A stretch of DNA of 53,484 bases from NCBI GenBank assembly GCA_002723035.1, contig PBNH01000024.1, positions 1-53,484 on the forward strand, given 5' to 3'. Of this stretch, positions 28,801 through 37,082 are shown in pieces; position 1 is the first letter of the stretch, and each line of letters begins with the position of its first letter. The position numbers and the translations under genes are program-made. This DNA is from Rhodobiaceae bacterium (lineage in GTDB: Bacteria; Pseudomonadota; Alphaproteobacteria; MED-G09). The notes under the pieces were generated by a model, which was not told the DNA's origin, ran no database searches, and was given only the letters and a program-made list of their open reading frames with translations.

Positions 28801-28938
28801 GACTACTGGAGCAGTTATTATAGGAAAAACTTCCTTTTCAATTCTAAAAAAATTTAAAATCCCTATAGTAATTATACTAAACATTAAGAGATTTGCTGCT
28901 TTAGAATTCCTAACCCACCATGAAATAATTTTTAACAT
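25840..28938 (-). CDS. RND efflux transporter permease (AcrB/HAE-type)
   Basis: 1032 aa with the 12-TM/two-large-loop RND architecture and a typical N-terminus (SWWVRNSKAANLLMF...GASPKEIEDQI). Confidence 0.95.
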   Translation of the reverse strand: MLKIISWWVRNSKAANLLMFSIITIGILNFFRIEKEVFPIITAPVVSIEYGWPGASPKEIEDQILVRVEESLTDLDNIKKITSTAKENLGSILVEATSGSGIDKLIQDIKRKVDAIQSIPNEVLPPTVSDESFRLPLVTLAVHGNTSEKKLTRAAEKIRDELSLLDHVDIVEVQGSRKEEISIELSENAMRRYNVTFDQVAKAIRKSSINTSLGSIKGENGTIQLTTRNLADTKKDFDKIIIRQTSDGGTLKISDIAKVVDGFEDENLRATLNGELAVLVQVLSTDNMNVVKTSESIYKWLPDAQKNMDQSLNLSLWTDTSDLYKDRMSLISKSAFGGLFLVFIVLMMFLRPIVAFWCAVGILTAFAGTFIFLPSNDVSLNVISLFAFLLVIGIVVDDAIIVGENIHSENEKGREGADAAIMGAYLVSKPVFFAVITSMIAFAPWLFLSGWQVQFVQNISIIVLLALAFSLLEAFCILPSHLSNLKPNNNESKLAKFQKKLAQSLVNFGKIKYMPILISSLKRRYLTVSFFLSFLIIIFTFSGSSWISKSFLPNIEDDEILVSVKLPEGSPFERTLEVSKIVENAGIKTEKYFENKDNSIENTYINASGSSVRAYFNLYPPSNRDASATEIADILRDNIGEIPDAEGLDVSKDIGRSPTDADLNFNITATKSEDLIPALNDFINNLRSYSATYDVRNSLNSSFTEIQISVKLNAEKLGLTLGEISRQLRQAYYGEEVQRLPRNGEDVKVMVHYPKKLRRSLESLSKFRIRTPDGREVPFLSVASIKQSPGVQKIERIDGLISASVSTQIKGDFKTQILTELREDYLPGWKTRFPGASWRLGGESEGEDEFFAEIRYLIIIAIFAMFAILSIAFRSYFLPIIILSALPFGFGGAVLGHIIFGKGLSMISYWGIGAACGVVVNDNLVLVDNINRLKSSGKHILECIVESGVTRFRPIVITSITTFVGLMPMMLEPSVQANFLKPAVISLSFGVALSSSVTLILVPCLYLIGDDIRSYISQIKETSKRQISKIST

Positions 28939-28943
28939 TCAAA

Positions 28944-30122
28944 TTACCTAGCTATATTTTTACCTAACAAAATTGGCTTAAGAGCCATTCCATCTTTTGC
29001 GTTATTTAAAGGTGAAACAACTACTCTTTCTCCCTCAGAAATCTCGCCTTTGATGATAACGTAATCATTTTCTGTTCCAAGTACCTCTATTTCCCTAATT
29101 TCTAAGTTATCATTTGTATTAATAACATATATATTTGAGTTGTTATTAATGGCAGAATTAGGAACTAAGAACCCATTTTTAATTGTCTTACCTTCAATAA
29201 CTGCATCAACAAACATTCCTATTGCAAGTGGAGGAGATTGTTGATAAGGATTTATAACTTCTGCATAAACATAAACGAGGCGAGTTAGAGGATCAATTGA
29301 ACCTGCGGTTCGAACAATTCTTCCTTCCCACTCAGAAATTTTATTTGAAACCAAAGAATAAAAATTAACCTTTGGACCAGAAAAAGGTCTTTCTTCCTCG
29401 TAGGCCAGTGGAAGACCTAAATAGGATAACTCAGTATCAGTTAAGGGTAATGCTATCAGAACTTCCTCAGTAGAAAAAGCTGTAGCAAGAATACTTCCCG
29501 TTCCAACAAATTGTCCAACCCCTGTTTTTTTTTGACGAATTATTCCTTGAAATGGAAGTTTAACAACTGTTCTTTCTAAATTGAGTTTTGCTTTTTCTAA
29601 ATCCGCTAATGCAGCCTTTTCTGCAGCTTCTGCTTCTTTAAGTTGGGGTATTCTTAGGGTAAGTGGACTTGCTTCACCAAGCCCTAGCTCTTCCCAATCA
29701 TTCTTAGCAAGTTCACTCTCAGCGATTTCTCTCTCTAATAATTTACTGGCTTGAGCAACTCTAGATTCAGCCGAAATTAAAGCCAACTTATAATCTCTGT
29801 CATCAATCCAAACTAAAGGCGATCCTGCCTTAATAATTCCACCATCAACAAATTCATCAGCTGCTTTGACAATTTGTCCAGAAACTTGAGATATTAAATT
29901 AATTTCATTTAAAGGTTTAACTTCCCCGTTGGTGAGAATTTTGAGTGAAATATCTTTTTTTGTTATAGCTTCATAAAATACCGGTGTAGGTTTAGGTAAT
30001 TCAATACCCTTTTGGGGTTTGGGGCTTGATACAGAGATTATAAATGCAAAAAATGAACCAATTAAAATAATTAATATTGGGGCTATTCTTGAGTTTATAA
30101 TATATTGAAATAACCTTTTCAT
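28944..30122 (-). CDS. RND efflux periplasmic adaptor (membrane fusion protein, HlyD family)
   Basis: N-terminal TM anchor, a coiled-coil hairpin (EAEAAEKAALADLEKAKLNLERT) and a beta-barrel C-terminus. It lies 5 nt upstream of the RND gene. Confidence 0.85.
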   Translation of the reverse strand: MKRLFQYIINSRIAPILIILIGSFFAFIISVSSPKPQKGIELPKPTPVFYEAITKKDISLKILTNGEVKPLNEINLISQVSGQIVKAADEFVDGGIIKAGSPLVWIDDRDYKLALISAESRVAQASKLLEREIAESELAKNDWEELGLGEASPLTLRIPQLKEAEAAEKAALADLEKAKLNLERTVVKLPFQGIIRQKKTGVGQFVGTGSILATAFSTEEVLIALPLTDTELSYLGLPLAYEEERPFSGPKVNFYSLVSNKISEWEGRIVRTAGSIDPLTRLVYVYAEVINPYQQSPPLAIGMFVDAVIEGKTIKNGFLVPNSAINNNSNIYVINTNDNLEIREIEVLGTENDYVIIKGEISEGERVVVSPLNNAKDGMALKPILLGKNIAR

Positions 30123-31534
30123 TTAATTTTTCCATAAACCGGTGTTGCAATAGCCATATACATTTTAATTCTATTTGTGAGCCTTAATCTTTTTGCATTT
30201 ATAAGTAAACTCTCAGCATTAAGACGTCTTGATTGGGAATCAAGTAGCTCAAAAATTGTACTTAATCCCTTATTATACTGATCTAAGGTTAATTCCTCTG
30301 CTGCTTTGGACTCTTCGAAGGCTTTACTTATAGCAATCTCTCTTTTTGTCAAAGTGTCTTCTGCAGATATGGCATCTTCTGCTTCTTGGGCTGCCGTTAA
30401 TAGTGCTTGACCATAAGTCTCAAGAATTGCCTCTAATTGTGCTTTCTTAATTTTAGAGTTTGCTATTCTTCTACCACCTTGAAAAATACTTTGCGTAATT
30501 GAGCCAATTATTGAACCTGCCAATCTATCCGGATCAAGAGCATCAGATAAATTATCTTCAAGAGAATTCCATTGTGCATCTAAGGAAATACTTGGAAGAA
30601 ATGCTAATCTTGTTGAAGTTAGCTGAAGGCCAGCAGACTCAATTTGTGCTTCTAAAGATCGAATATCTGGTCTTAAAGGAAGTCTCTCTGCAGGAGTTCC
30701 AATACTTGGATTTGGCGGAATTGATGGTAGACCTCCAGGTACAATATTTGCTTCCGGATAACGCCCTATGATGACTTCAAGGGTTCTTGCTGTTTCATTA
30801 AATATCTGCTGCTTGTTAATAAGATCTGCTCTAGTAGACTCTACCTCAGATCTTGCCAGTCTTAAATCTCTGCTTTGAGCGATACCTTTTATGTACCTAT
30901 TTTCAACTTTCTTAAGAGTGCTTACCCTAGTTTGAAGATTTCTCTCAGCTAGATCTCTCTGCAGTTTTGCTTCTGAAAAAAGATACCATGATTGAGCAGT
31001 TAAACCTGCTATAGATAATTTTGCAAATTCTAGATCAGCTTCAGCAGACTCAAGATCTTTATATGCAGACCGTGATTGTCTTGATAGCCTTCCCCATATA
31101 TCTATTTCCCAATTTAATTGAACCCCTAAACTATCTTGATAAGTATAAAATCTTTCAGGGTTATTTTGATTATCAATAATTACTGATGATTGAATTCTTG
31201 AATTATTTGTCCCTATCGTAGGTAATAAAGGTGCTATAGAGGCACTTGAGGATGCTCTTGCTATATCTAATCTGTTTGATGCAATTCTCAAATCTTTATT
31301 GTTTTCTATAGCTTCAGCAATTAATTTCAGTAATTCTTTATCATTAAAAGTTTTAGCCCATCCATCAATTTCTTTCATGGACTGATATGATGAGGACCAG
31401 TCTGAGGGAAGTGCTGGTAGCTCTCTTTCATATTTTTCTTTTGTGGTAGAACAGCTGGTTAGCAACAAAATAAAAAAAATAAAAAAAATCTTTTTTTTAA
31501 ACAAATTATTATTTTTATCATTTTCTATTATCAT
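30119..31534 (-). CDS. efflux outer-membrane factor lipoprotein (NodT family)
   Basis: Lipobox LLTSC after a hydrophobic signal, and a duplicated TolC-like coiled-coil/beta repeat layout. It has a 4-nt overlap with the MFP gene. Confidence 0.85.
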   Translation of the reverse strand: MIIENDKNNNLFKKKIFFIFFILLLTSCSTTKEKYERELPALPSDWSSSYQSMKEIDGWAKTFNDKELLKLIAEAIENNKDLRIASNRLDIARASSSASIAPLLPTIGTNNSRIQSSVIIDNQNNPERFYTYQDSLGVQLNWEIDIWGRLSRQSRSAYKDLESAEADLEFAKLSIAGLTAQSWYLFSEAKLQRDLAERNLQTRVSTLKKVENRYIKGIAQSRDLRLARSEVESTRADLINKQQIFNETARTLEVIIGRYPEANIVPGGLPSIPPNPSIGTPAERLPLRPDIRSLEAQIESAGLQLTSTRLAFLPSISLDAQWNSLEDNLSDALDPDRLAGSIIGSITQSIFQGGRRIANSKIKKAQLEAILETYGQALLTAAQEAEDAISAEDTLTKREIAISKAFEESKAAEELTLDQYNKGLSTIFELLDSQSRRLNAESLLINAKRLRLTNRIKMYMAIATPVYGKIK

Positions 31535-31708
31535 TAAAAGGCCTAAAGTAGAATCGATACTATAATAACATTTTATATTAAGAATTTACGAACTAATAAA
31601 AATTAATATTATATTTCATGTATTTTTATATAATTTTTTATATCAATAGTATGTATTTTAAATATATATAGAATGTCTAAATTTCATTTATTTTAAGAGG
31701 ATTTTAAA

Positions 31709-32230
31709 ATGGTTAAGAATTCAAAAGAAATTGGACCAAATCATTACAGAGAGACTTTTGGCAGATATTTTGAAGACTTTCAAGTTGGTGATATTTATGA
31801 TCATAGACCTGGAAAAACAGTGACTGAATATGATAATCATTTATTCACACTTATGACTCTAAATACTCATCCACTTCATTTTGACGCCGAGTATGGTAAG
31901 GAAACTGAATTTGGTAAAAATTTAGTTGTTTCAACATACACATTGTCACTTTTGATTGGTATGAGTGTTTCAGACTGTAGCCAAAAAGCAATCGCCAATC
32001 TAGGCATGGATGAAGTTAAATTTCCATCACCTGTTTTTTATGGAGATACAATCTATGGTTCTTCAGAGGTTTTGGAAAAAAGAGAATCAAAGTCAAGAAA
32101 AGGACAAGGGATTGTAAAGATTAAGACAACAGGTACTAATCAAAAAGATGAAGTTATATGTACTTTTTTAAGACAAATACTTATACCTGCAAGAGGCAAT
32201 GCTGTTGAGGATAAAGTTGAACAATATTAA
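31709..32230 (+). CDS. MaoC-family (hot-dog fold) acyl dehydratase / enoyl-CoA hydratase
   Basis: 173 aa with a MaoC pattern (HRPGKTVTEYDNHLFTLMTLNTHPLHFD) and an AGGA RBS. Confidence 0.8.
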   Translation: MVKNSKEIGPNHYRETFGRYFEDFQVGDIYDHRPGKTVTEYDNHLFTLMTLNTHPLHFDAEYGKETEFGKNLVVSTYTLSLLIGMSVSDCSQKAIANLGMDEVKFPSPVFYGDTIYGSSEVLEKRESKSRKGQGIVKIKTTGTNQKDEVICTFLRQILIPARGNAVEDKVEQY

Positions 32231-33542
32231 ATATAAAAAAATTAGATATAAAAAAATTTTATTAATTTTAATTTCCATCATTTCATTTGTTTTTTATAGC
32301 TCAAATGCACAAGCAGAATATAAAATTAATGAGATTGTAAGTTTATATAAATTTCTTCATTCAAATCCTGAACTTTCATGGCAAGAAAATAAAACCTCAG
32401 ATTATTTAGCAAATATTCTCGAAAAAGATGGATATACTGTAACAAGAGGTGTGGGTAAAAAAGGTGTTGTTGCAATTTTAGAGAACGGTAAGGGACCAAC
32501 TCTGATGATAAGAGCAGATATGGATGCTTTACCTATCGAAGAAAAAACTAATCTTGAATATGCTTCCAAAGTAAGGCAAGTAAATAGATTTGGTAAGGAA
32601 GTCCCGGTCATGCATGCATGTGGCCACGATATTCATATGTCTGTACTAATTGGCACAGCTAAAAATTTAATTTCTATGAAAAATAAATGGTCTGGTACCT
32701 TGATGTTAATACTTCAACCGGCTGAGGAAGTTGGCCAAGGTTCACTGGCTATGCTTGAGGATGGTTTATTTGAGAGATTTCCTAGACCTGATTTTAATTT
32801 AGCTCTTCATGTTGGTGGAGAGGGTCCTGCAGGAACTGTTGGTTACCAGTTAGGTTATGCAATGGCAAATGTTGATAGTGTCGATATAACAATAAATGGT
32901 GTTGGAGGTCATGGGGCTTACCCTCATACAACAATTGATCCAATAGTTTTGGCCTCACAAATTGTTTTATCCTTACAAACAATAGTTAGCAGGAAAATTG
33001 ATCCATTAGAACCGGCAGTTGTAACAGTTGGATCAATTCATGGAGGTCTTAAGCATAATATTATTTCTGATGAAGTAAGACTTCAGTTAACTCTAAGGTC
33101 TTACAGTGATGAGGTTAGAAACAAAACAATTAAAGAAATAAAAAAAATTGTTAATGGCCTTGGTATTGCAGCTGGATTGCCTGAAAATAAAATGCCTAAG
33201 GTTTTTGTTAAAGATGAGTATACTCCCGCATTGTATAATGACCCAGATTTTTCAAATAAAGTTTTGAATTTTATAAGAAATGAAATTGGTAAAAAAAATG
33301 TTGTTGAAATACCTGCGGTTATGGGAGGAGAGGATTTTGCAAGGTATGGAAGGCAAGATCCAAAAATACCGAGTTTTTTATTTTGGTTAGGGGGGACATC
33401 AAAAGAAAATTGGAAAAAATATTTAAACAATGAAATTGAAATGGTTTCTATTCATTCTCCATTTTTCGCACCTGATCCAGAACCTACTATTACCACGGGA
33501 ATAAGGGCAATGACTGCATCTGCTCTTGGATTATTAAATTAG
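32199..33542 (+). CDS. M20D-family amidohydrolase/aminoacylase (hippurate hydrolase-like), with signal peptide
   Basis: Metal-binding HACGHDIHM and an M20 dimerisation-domain layout. The N-terminal signal ends in SNAQA. It overlaps the MaoC gene by 32 nt. Confidence 0.85.
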   Translation: MLLRIKLNNIKYKKIRYKKILLILISIISFVFYSSNAQAEYKINEIVSLYKFLHSNPELSWQENKTSDYLANILEKDGYTVTRGVGKKGVVAILENGKGPTLMIRADMDALPIEEKTNLEYASKVRQVNRFGKEVPVMHACGHDIHMSVLIGTAKNLISMKNKWSGTLMLILQPAEEVGQGSLAMLEDGLFERFPRPDFNLALHVGGEGPAGTVGYQLGYAMANVDSVDITINGVGGHGAYPHTTIDPIVLASQIVLSLQTIVSRKIDPLEPAVVTVGSIHGGLKHNIISDEVRLQLTLRSYSDEVRNKTIKEIKKIVNGLGIAAGLPENKMPKVFVKDEYTPALYNDPDFSNKVLNFIRNEIGKKNVVEIPAVMGGEDFARYGRQDPKIPSFLFWLGGTSKENWKKYLNNEIEMVSIHSPFFAPDPEPTITTGIRAMTASALGLLN

Positions 33543-33553
33543 AGGAAAAAATT

Positions 33554-34324
33554 ATGAATTCAATATTTAATTTAGAGGGCAAGGTCGCCCTTGTAACAGG
33601 TGGGGGAAGTGGTCTTGGAGCCTCAATAGCCCTAACATTGTCAAAGTCAGGAGCAAAAGTAGCCCTAGCTGCCCGAAGAAAAGAGAGGCTTAAGGAAACT
33701 GAAAATATTATTATTCAATCAGGAGGTGAAGCAGAAATTTATGATTTAGATGTATCTGATGAAGAAAACGTAAAATCATGTTTAAATTCAGTTATTTCGA
33801 GTATTGGTGAAATAGATATTTTAATTAATAACGCAGGCACTACTGCTGTTGGATCTATTGATGGGACAACATTAGATGAATGGGATTTAGTTATAAATAC
33901 AAATCTAAGGGGACCATGGTTTCTTGCAAAGGAGTGGGTAACCGATAGAAGAAAAAAAAATATTAAAGGCGGAAATGTTTTAAATATTTCATCAATTTGT
34001 GGTGAGGCTGCTCAAAAAGGTAATGGTGTATATTGTGTTTCCAAAGCGGGCTTATCCCATTTAACTAGGCAAATGGCATTAGAGTGGGCAAAGTATTCAA
34101 TTAGGGTTAATGCTTTAGCACCAGGTTATATGCGTTCAGATATCAATAAAGATTTCATAGACTCTGATTTAAGTAATGATATGATCAATAGAATTCCAAT
34201 GAGGAGAGTTGGGAATTTTAATGAAATGGATGGTCCTTTATTACTATTAGTTAGTGATGCAGGTTCATATATTACTGGTGAAACCATTGTTGCAGATGGA
34301 GGCCACCTGCTAAGAGAGATTTAA
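33554..34324 (+). CDS. short-chain dehydrogenase/reductase (classical SDR)
   Basis: TGGGSGLG, NNAG, and the catalytic YCVSK (YxxxK). Confidence 0.9.
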   Translation: MNSIFNLEGKVALVTGGGSGLGASIALTLSKSGAKVALAARRKERLKETENIIIQSGGEAEIYDLDVSDEENVKSCLNSVISSIGEIDILINNAGTTAVGSIDGTTLDEWDLVINTNLRGPWFLAKEWVTDRRKKNIKGGNVLNISSICGEAAQKGNGVYCVSKAGLSHLTRQMALEWAKYSIRVNALAPGYMRSDINKDFIDSDLSNDMINRIPMRRVGNFNEMDGPLLLLVSDAGSYITGETIVADGGHLLREI

Positions 34325-34325
34325 G

Positions 34326-34913
34326 ATGGTGAAAAATATTGAATTTTATTTTGACTTTGGTAGTCCTACTGCCTACTTAGCTTATACGCAACTTCAATTA
34401 ATTGCTGAAAGGCAAAAAACTAATCTTATATATTATCCTGTTTTATTAGGAGGGATCTTTAAGGCAACAGGAAATAATCCACCAGCTTCAGTTCCTGCAA
34501 AAGGAATGTATATGATGGTTGACCTTCAAAGGTATGCGGATAAATATAAAGTACCTTACAAAAGAAATCCTTATTTTCCAGTAAATACATTATCTTTAAT
34601 GAGGGGTGCAGTCTCATATCAAGAGGATGGTGATTTTTTAAAGTATGTAAATGTCATATTTCAAAATATGTGGGTTGATCCTAAAAATCTAAATGATCAT
34701 GAAGTTCTTAAAAAAGTACTTATGGAAAATAATTTTGATATTAATGATTTTGTGAAAAGGATATCAGATCAAAATATTAAAAATAAATTAATTTCTAATA
34801 CTGAAAATGCTGTAAAAAAAGGCGCTTTTGGGGCCCCAACGATATTTATTGGTGACGAAATGTTTTTTGGTCAGGATAGAATGGAATTTGTTGAAAATTC
34901 TATAAATACCTGA
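34326..34913 (+). CDS. 2-hydroxychromene-2-carboxylate isomerase / DsbA-like (kappa-GST-like) protein
   Basis: IEFYFDFGSPTAYLA N-terminal motif and C-terminal GAFGAPTIFIGDEMFFGQDR. 195 aa. Confidence 0.85.
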   Translation: MVKNIEFYFDFGSPTAYLAYTQLQLIAERQKTNLIYYPVLLGGIFKATGNNPPASVPAKGMYMMVDLQRYADKYKVPYKRNPYFPVNTLSLMRGAVSYQEDGDFLKYVNVIFQNMWVDPKNLNDHEVLKKVLMENNFDINDFVKRISDQNIKNKLISNTENAVKKGAFGAPTIFIGDEMFFGQDRMEFVENSINT

Positions 34914-34987
34914 TTTATAAATATATTCCTTCTTAAAAATTCTCATAAATTACAAAAATATAAAAAAATATTAATTTTTTCAAAAGT

Positions 34988-35003
34988 TGGTATTGAAATT
35001 GCT
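34988..35003 (+). promoter_or_regulatory. candidate sigma-54 (-24/-12) promoter
   Basis: TGGTATTGAAATTGCT compared with consensus TGGCACG-N4-TTGCW. The invariant GG (34989-90) and GC (35001-02) are exactly 10 nt apart. It lies 43 nt upstream of the ATG of the porin-like gene/amt operon. Confidence 0.5.
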
Positions 35004-35045
35004 TTTATAAACTGCGATTTCGCAAACAACTAATTGGAGGTTTAA

Positions 35046-35693
35046 ATGATTTTTAAAAAAACAACTAATAAAATAAAAAAGTTTTTAGTTGCAGGTATAT
35101 TGAGTGTTTCAATGTCAGGAGTTGCTATGGCAGCTGTTGAATGGAACACAGCTGTAACAAGTGAATACATTTGGAGAGGGATGTCACAAGGTAAAGGTGC
35201 TGCTGTTTCAGGTGGTATTGACATTTCAGGAGATTCAGGATTTTCAGCTGGTACATGGGTATCGAATGTAGATTTTGGTGATAATGCTACTTATGAGCTA
35301 GATCTTTATTTTGCATACAGCTTTGGCCCTGTAAGTGTTGGTTACATTTATTATGCTTATCCTGATAATACTGACGAAGGGTACGACTTTAGTGAAGTAA
35401 ACATTTCCGCAGACATTGGCGCTTTTTCTCTTGGAGCTAACATTTTAGCTGATGCAGATTTTGATGCTGATTTTGGTGATGATGTTTATTACACAATAGA
35501 TACTGGTTTTCCAGTAAATGATGAGATTGGTATTGGTCTTCATCTTGGTTTCTACGATTATGATGCAGCTGATGAAGAAACAGACTATGGTATTTCTATA
35601 GACTTTGATTCTGGCTTTTCATTTGCGGTAATTGACAGCAGCAGAGATGACAGCGATCCTTTCTTTGTAATTACATACGCCATTGGCGGTTAA
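35046..35693 (+). CDS. TIGR02001-family proteobacterial outer-membrane (porin-like beta-barrel) protein
   Basis: Signal peptide ending in AMA, the family signature TSEYIWRGMSQ...SGFSAGTWVSNVDFG, and an alternating beta-strand pattern. Confidence 0.8.
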   Translation: MIFKKTTNKIKKFLVAGILSVSMSGVAMAAVEWNTAVTSEYIWRGMSQGKGAAVSGGIDISGDSGFSAGTWVSNVDFGDNATYELDLYFAYSFGPVSVGYIYYAYPDNTDEGYDFSEVNISADIGAFSLGANILADADFDADFGDDVYYTIDTGFPVNDEIGIGLHLGFYDYDAADEETDYGISIDFDSGFSFAVIDSSRDDSDPFFVITYAIGG

Positions 35694-35718
35694 TCAAAAT
35701 AAAAAGAGGGAATAAAAA

Positions 35719-37011
35719 ATGAAAAATTTCATTAAAAAAATTATGGTTATGGCTGGGTTTTCATTCTTGGCTTTGACTGGTACTGCTAATGCTGAAGTAA
35801 GTGCTGAAACAGCTTATGTTTTCAATACTTTTTCTTTCCTAGTTAGTGGCTTTCTAGTAATGCTTATGGCTTTAGGTTTCACATGTCTTGAAGCTGGTTT
35901 GGTAAGAACAAAAAATACAGCTACTATTTGTGTAAAAAATGTTGCTCTTTATAGTTTAGCTGGAATAATGTATTACCTAATTGGTTATGGCTTCATGTAT
36001 AATGACGTAGCTGGTTACATTGGTACACCAGCTCTTTGGAACCCTGAGGCAACTGTTGACGCGGCTGACGGTTACTCAAAGATGTCTGATTGGTTCTTCC
36101 AAATGGTGTTTTGTGCAACAGCTATGTCTATTGTTAGTGGCACAGTTGCTGAAAGGATTAAATTACTTCCTTTCTTACTCTTTGCTGTATTCCTCACAGG
36201 TATCATATACCCTATTCAAGGCTCTTGGACATGGGGTGGTGGATGGTTATCTGAAATGGGTTTCTCAGACTTTGCCGGCTCAACCATAGTTCACTCTGTA
36301 GGTGGGTGGGCAGCATTAACTGGTGCCATTATATTAGGTCCTCGTTTAGGAAAATATGGTCCAAATGGTGAGGTAAACGCTATACCAGGTGCAAATCTTC
36401 CACTAGCAACTATCGGCACATTCATTCTATGGTTTGGTTGGTTTGGATTTAATGGTGGTTCCCAATTAGCATTGGGTTCTGCAGCAGACGCAGCAGCAAT
36501 GGCAAACGTATATGTTAATACAAATATGGCTGCTTGTGCTGGTTTGGTTTCAGCATTAATTTTATCAATGATACTTTATGGTAAAACTGATTTAACATTC
36601 GTTTTAAACGGTGCTTTAGCAGGTCTTGTATCTATTACCGCTGGTCCTGATGTAGCAACACCATTGCAGGCTATAATAATTGGTGCTATTGGCGGAGTTA
36701 TTTGCACATTTGCTATACCATTATTAGATAAATTAAAAATCGATGATGTTGTCGGAGCAATTTCTGTTCATTTAGTTGCCGGTATTTGGGGTACCCTAGC
36801 AGTTGCTGTACCTGGTTTGAATGGTAGTGGTGATATGGCAACTCAAATAATTGGTATTGTTAGCATTGGAGTATTTACTGTTGTTTTAAGTGCAATCGGG
36901 TGGACTGTTCTTAAAGTAATATTTGGTCTGAGACCTACAGAAGAAGAAGAAACTTCTGGATTAGATGTTTCCGAATTAGGAATGGATGCTTATCCAGAGT
37001 TTAAGAATTAG
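35719..37011 (+). CDS. amt: ammonium transporter (Amt family)
   Basis: Cleavable signal (TANA-EV) and the conserved DFAGSTIVHSVGGWAALTGAIILGPR and FGWFGFNGGS motifs. Confidence 0.95.
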   Translation: MKNFIKKIMVMAGFSFLALTGTANAEVSAETAYVFNTFSFLVSGFLVMLMALGFTCLEAGLVRTKNTATICVKNVALYSLAGIMYYLIGYGFMYNDVAGYIGTPALWNPEATVDAADGYSKMSDWFFQMVFCATAMSIVSGTVAERIKLLPFLLFAVFLTGIIYPIQGSWTWGGGWLSEMGFSDFAGSTIVHSVGGWAALTGAIILGPRLGKYGPNGEVNAIPGANLPLATIGTFILWFGWFGFNGGSQLALGSAADAAAMANVYVNTNMAACAGLVSALILSMILYGKTDLTFVLNGALAGLVSITAGPDVATPLQAIIIGAIGGVICTFAIPLLDKLKIDDVVGAISVHLVAGIWGTLAVAVPGLNGSGDMATQIIGIVSIGVFTVVLSAIGWTVLKVIFGLRPTEEEETSGLDVSELGMDAYPEFKN

Positions 37012-37047
37012 TCATTTACCTCCCCCCTTGTAAACATGACTAGTTGA

Positions 37048-37082
37048 CCACCGTACTCTTCCCTGAGTACGGTGGTTTTTTT
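37048..37082 (+). terminator. rho-independent terminator (GC-rich 11-bp stem)
   Basis: CCACCGTACTC-TTCCCT-GAGTACGGTGG followed by T7, 36 nt after the amt stop. Confidence 0.85.

Noticed and set aside
33951-33960. A-run (9-10 A) inside the SDR gene (RRKKNIKG) and similar homopolymers near the OMF start, considered as slipped-strand phase-variation sites.
   Set aside because: Homopolymeric A/T tracts of this length are common throughout this AT-rich window and the frames are intact. There is no evidence of contingency-locus behaviour.
35013-35024. Palindrome TGCGA-TT-TCGCA just downstream of the sigma-54 promoter candidate, considered as an NtrC/bEBP site.
   Set aside because: Enhancer-binding proteins bind about 80-150 nt upstream of -24/-12 promoters, not at +1 to +12. 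The element is only 5+5 bp. It could be a repressor site or coincidence, and the evidence is not strong enough to call.
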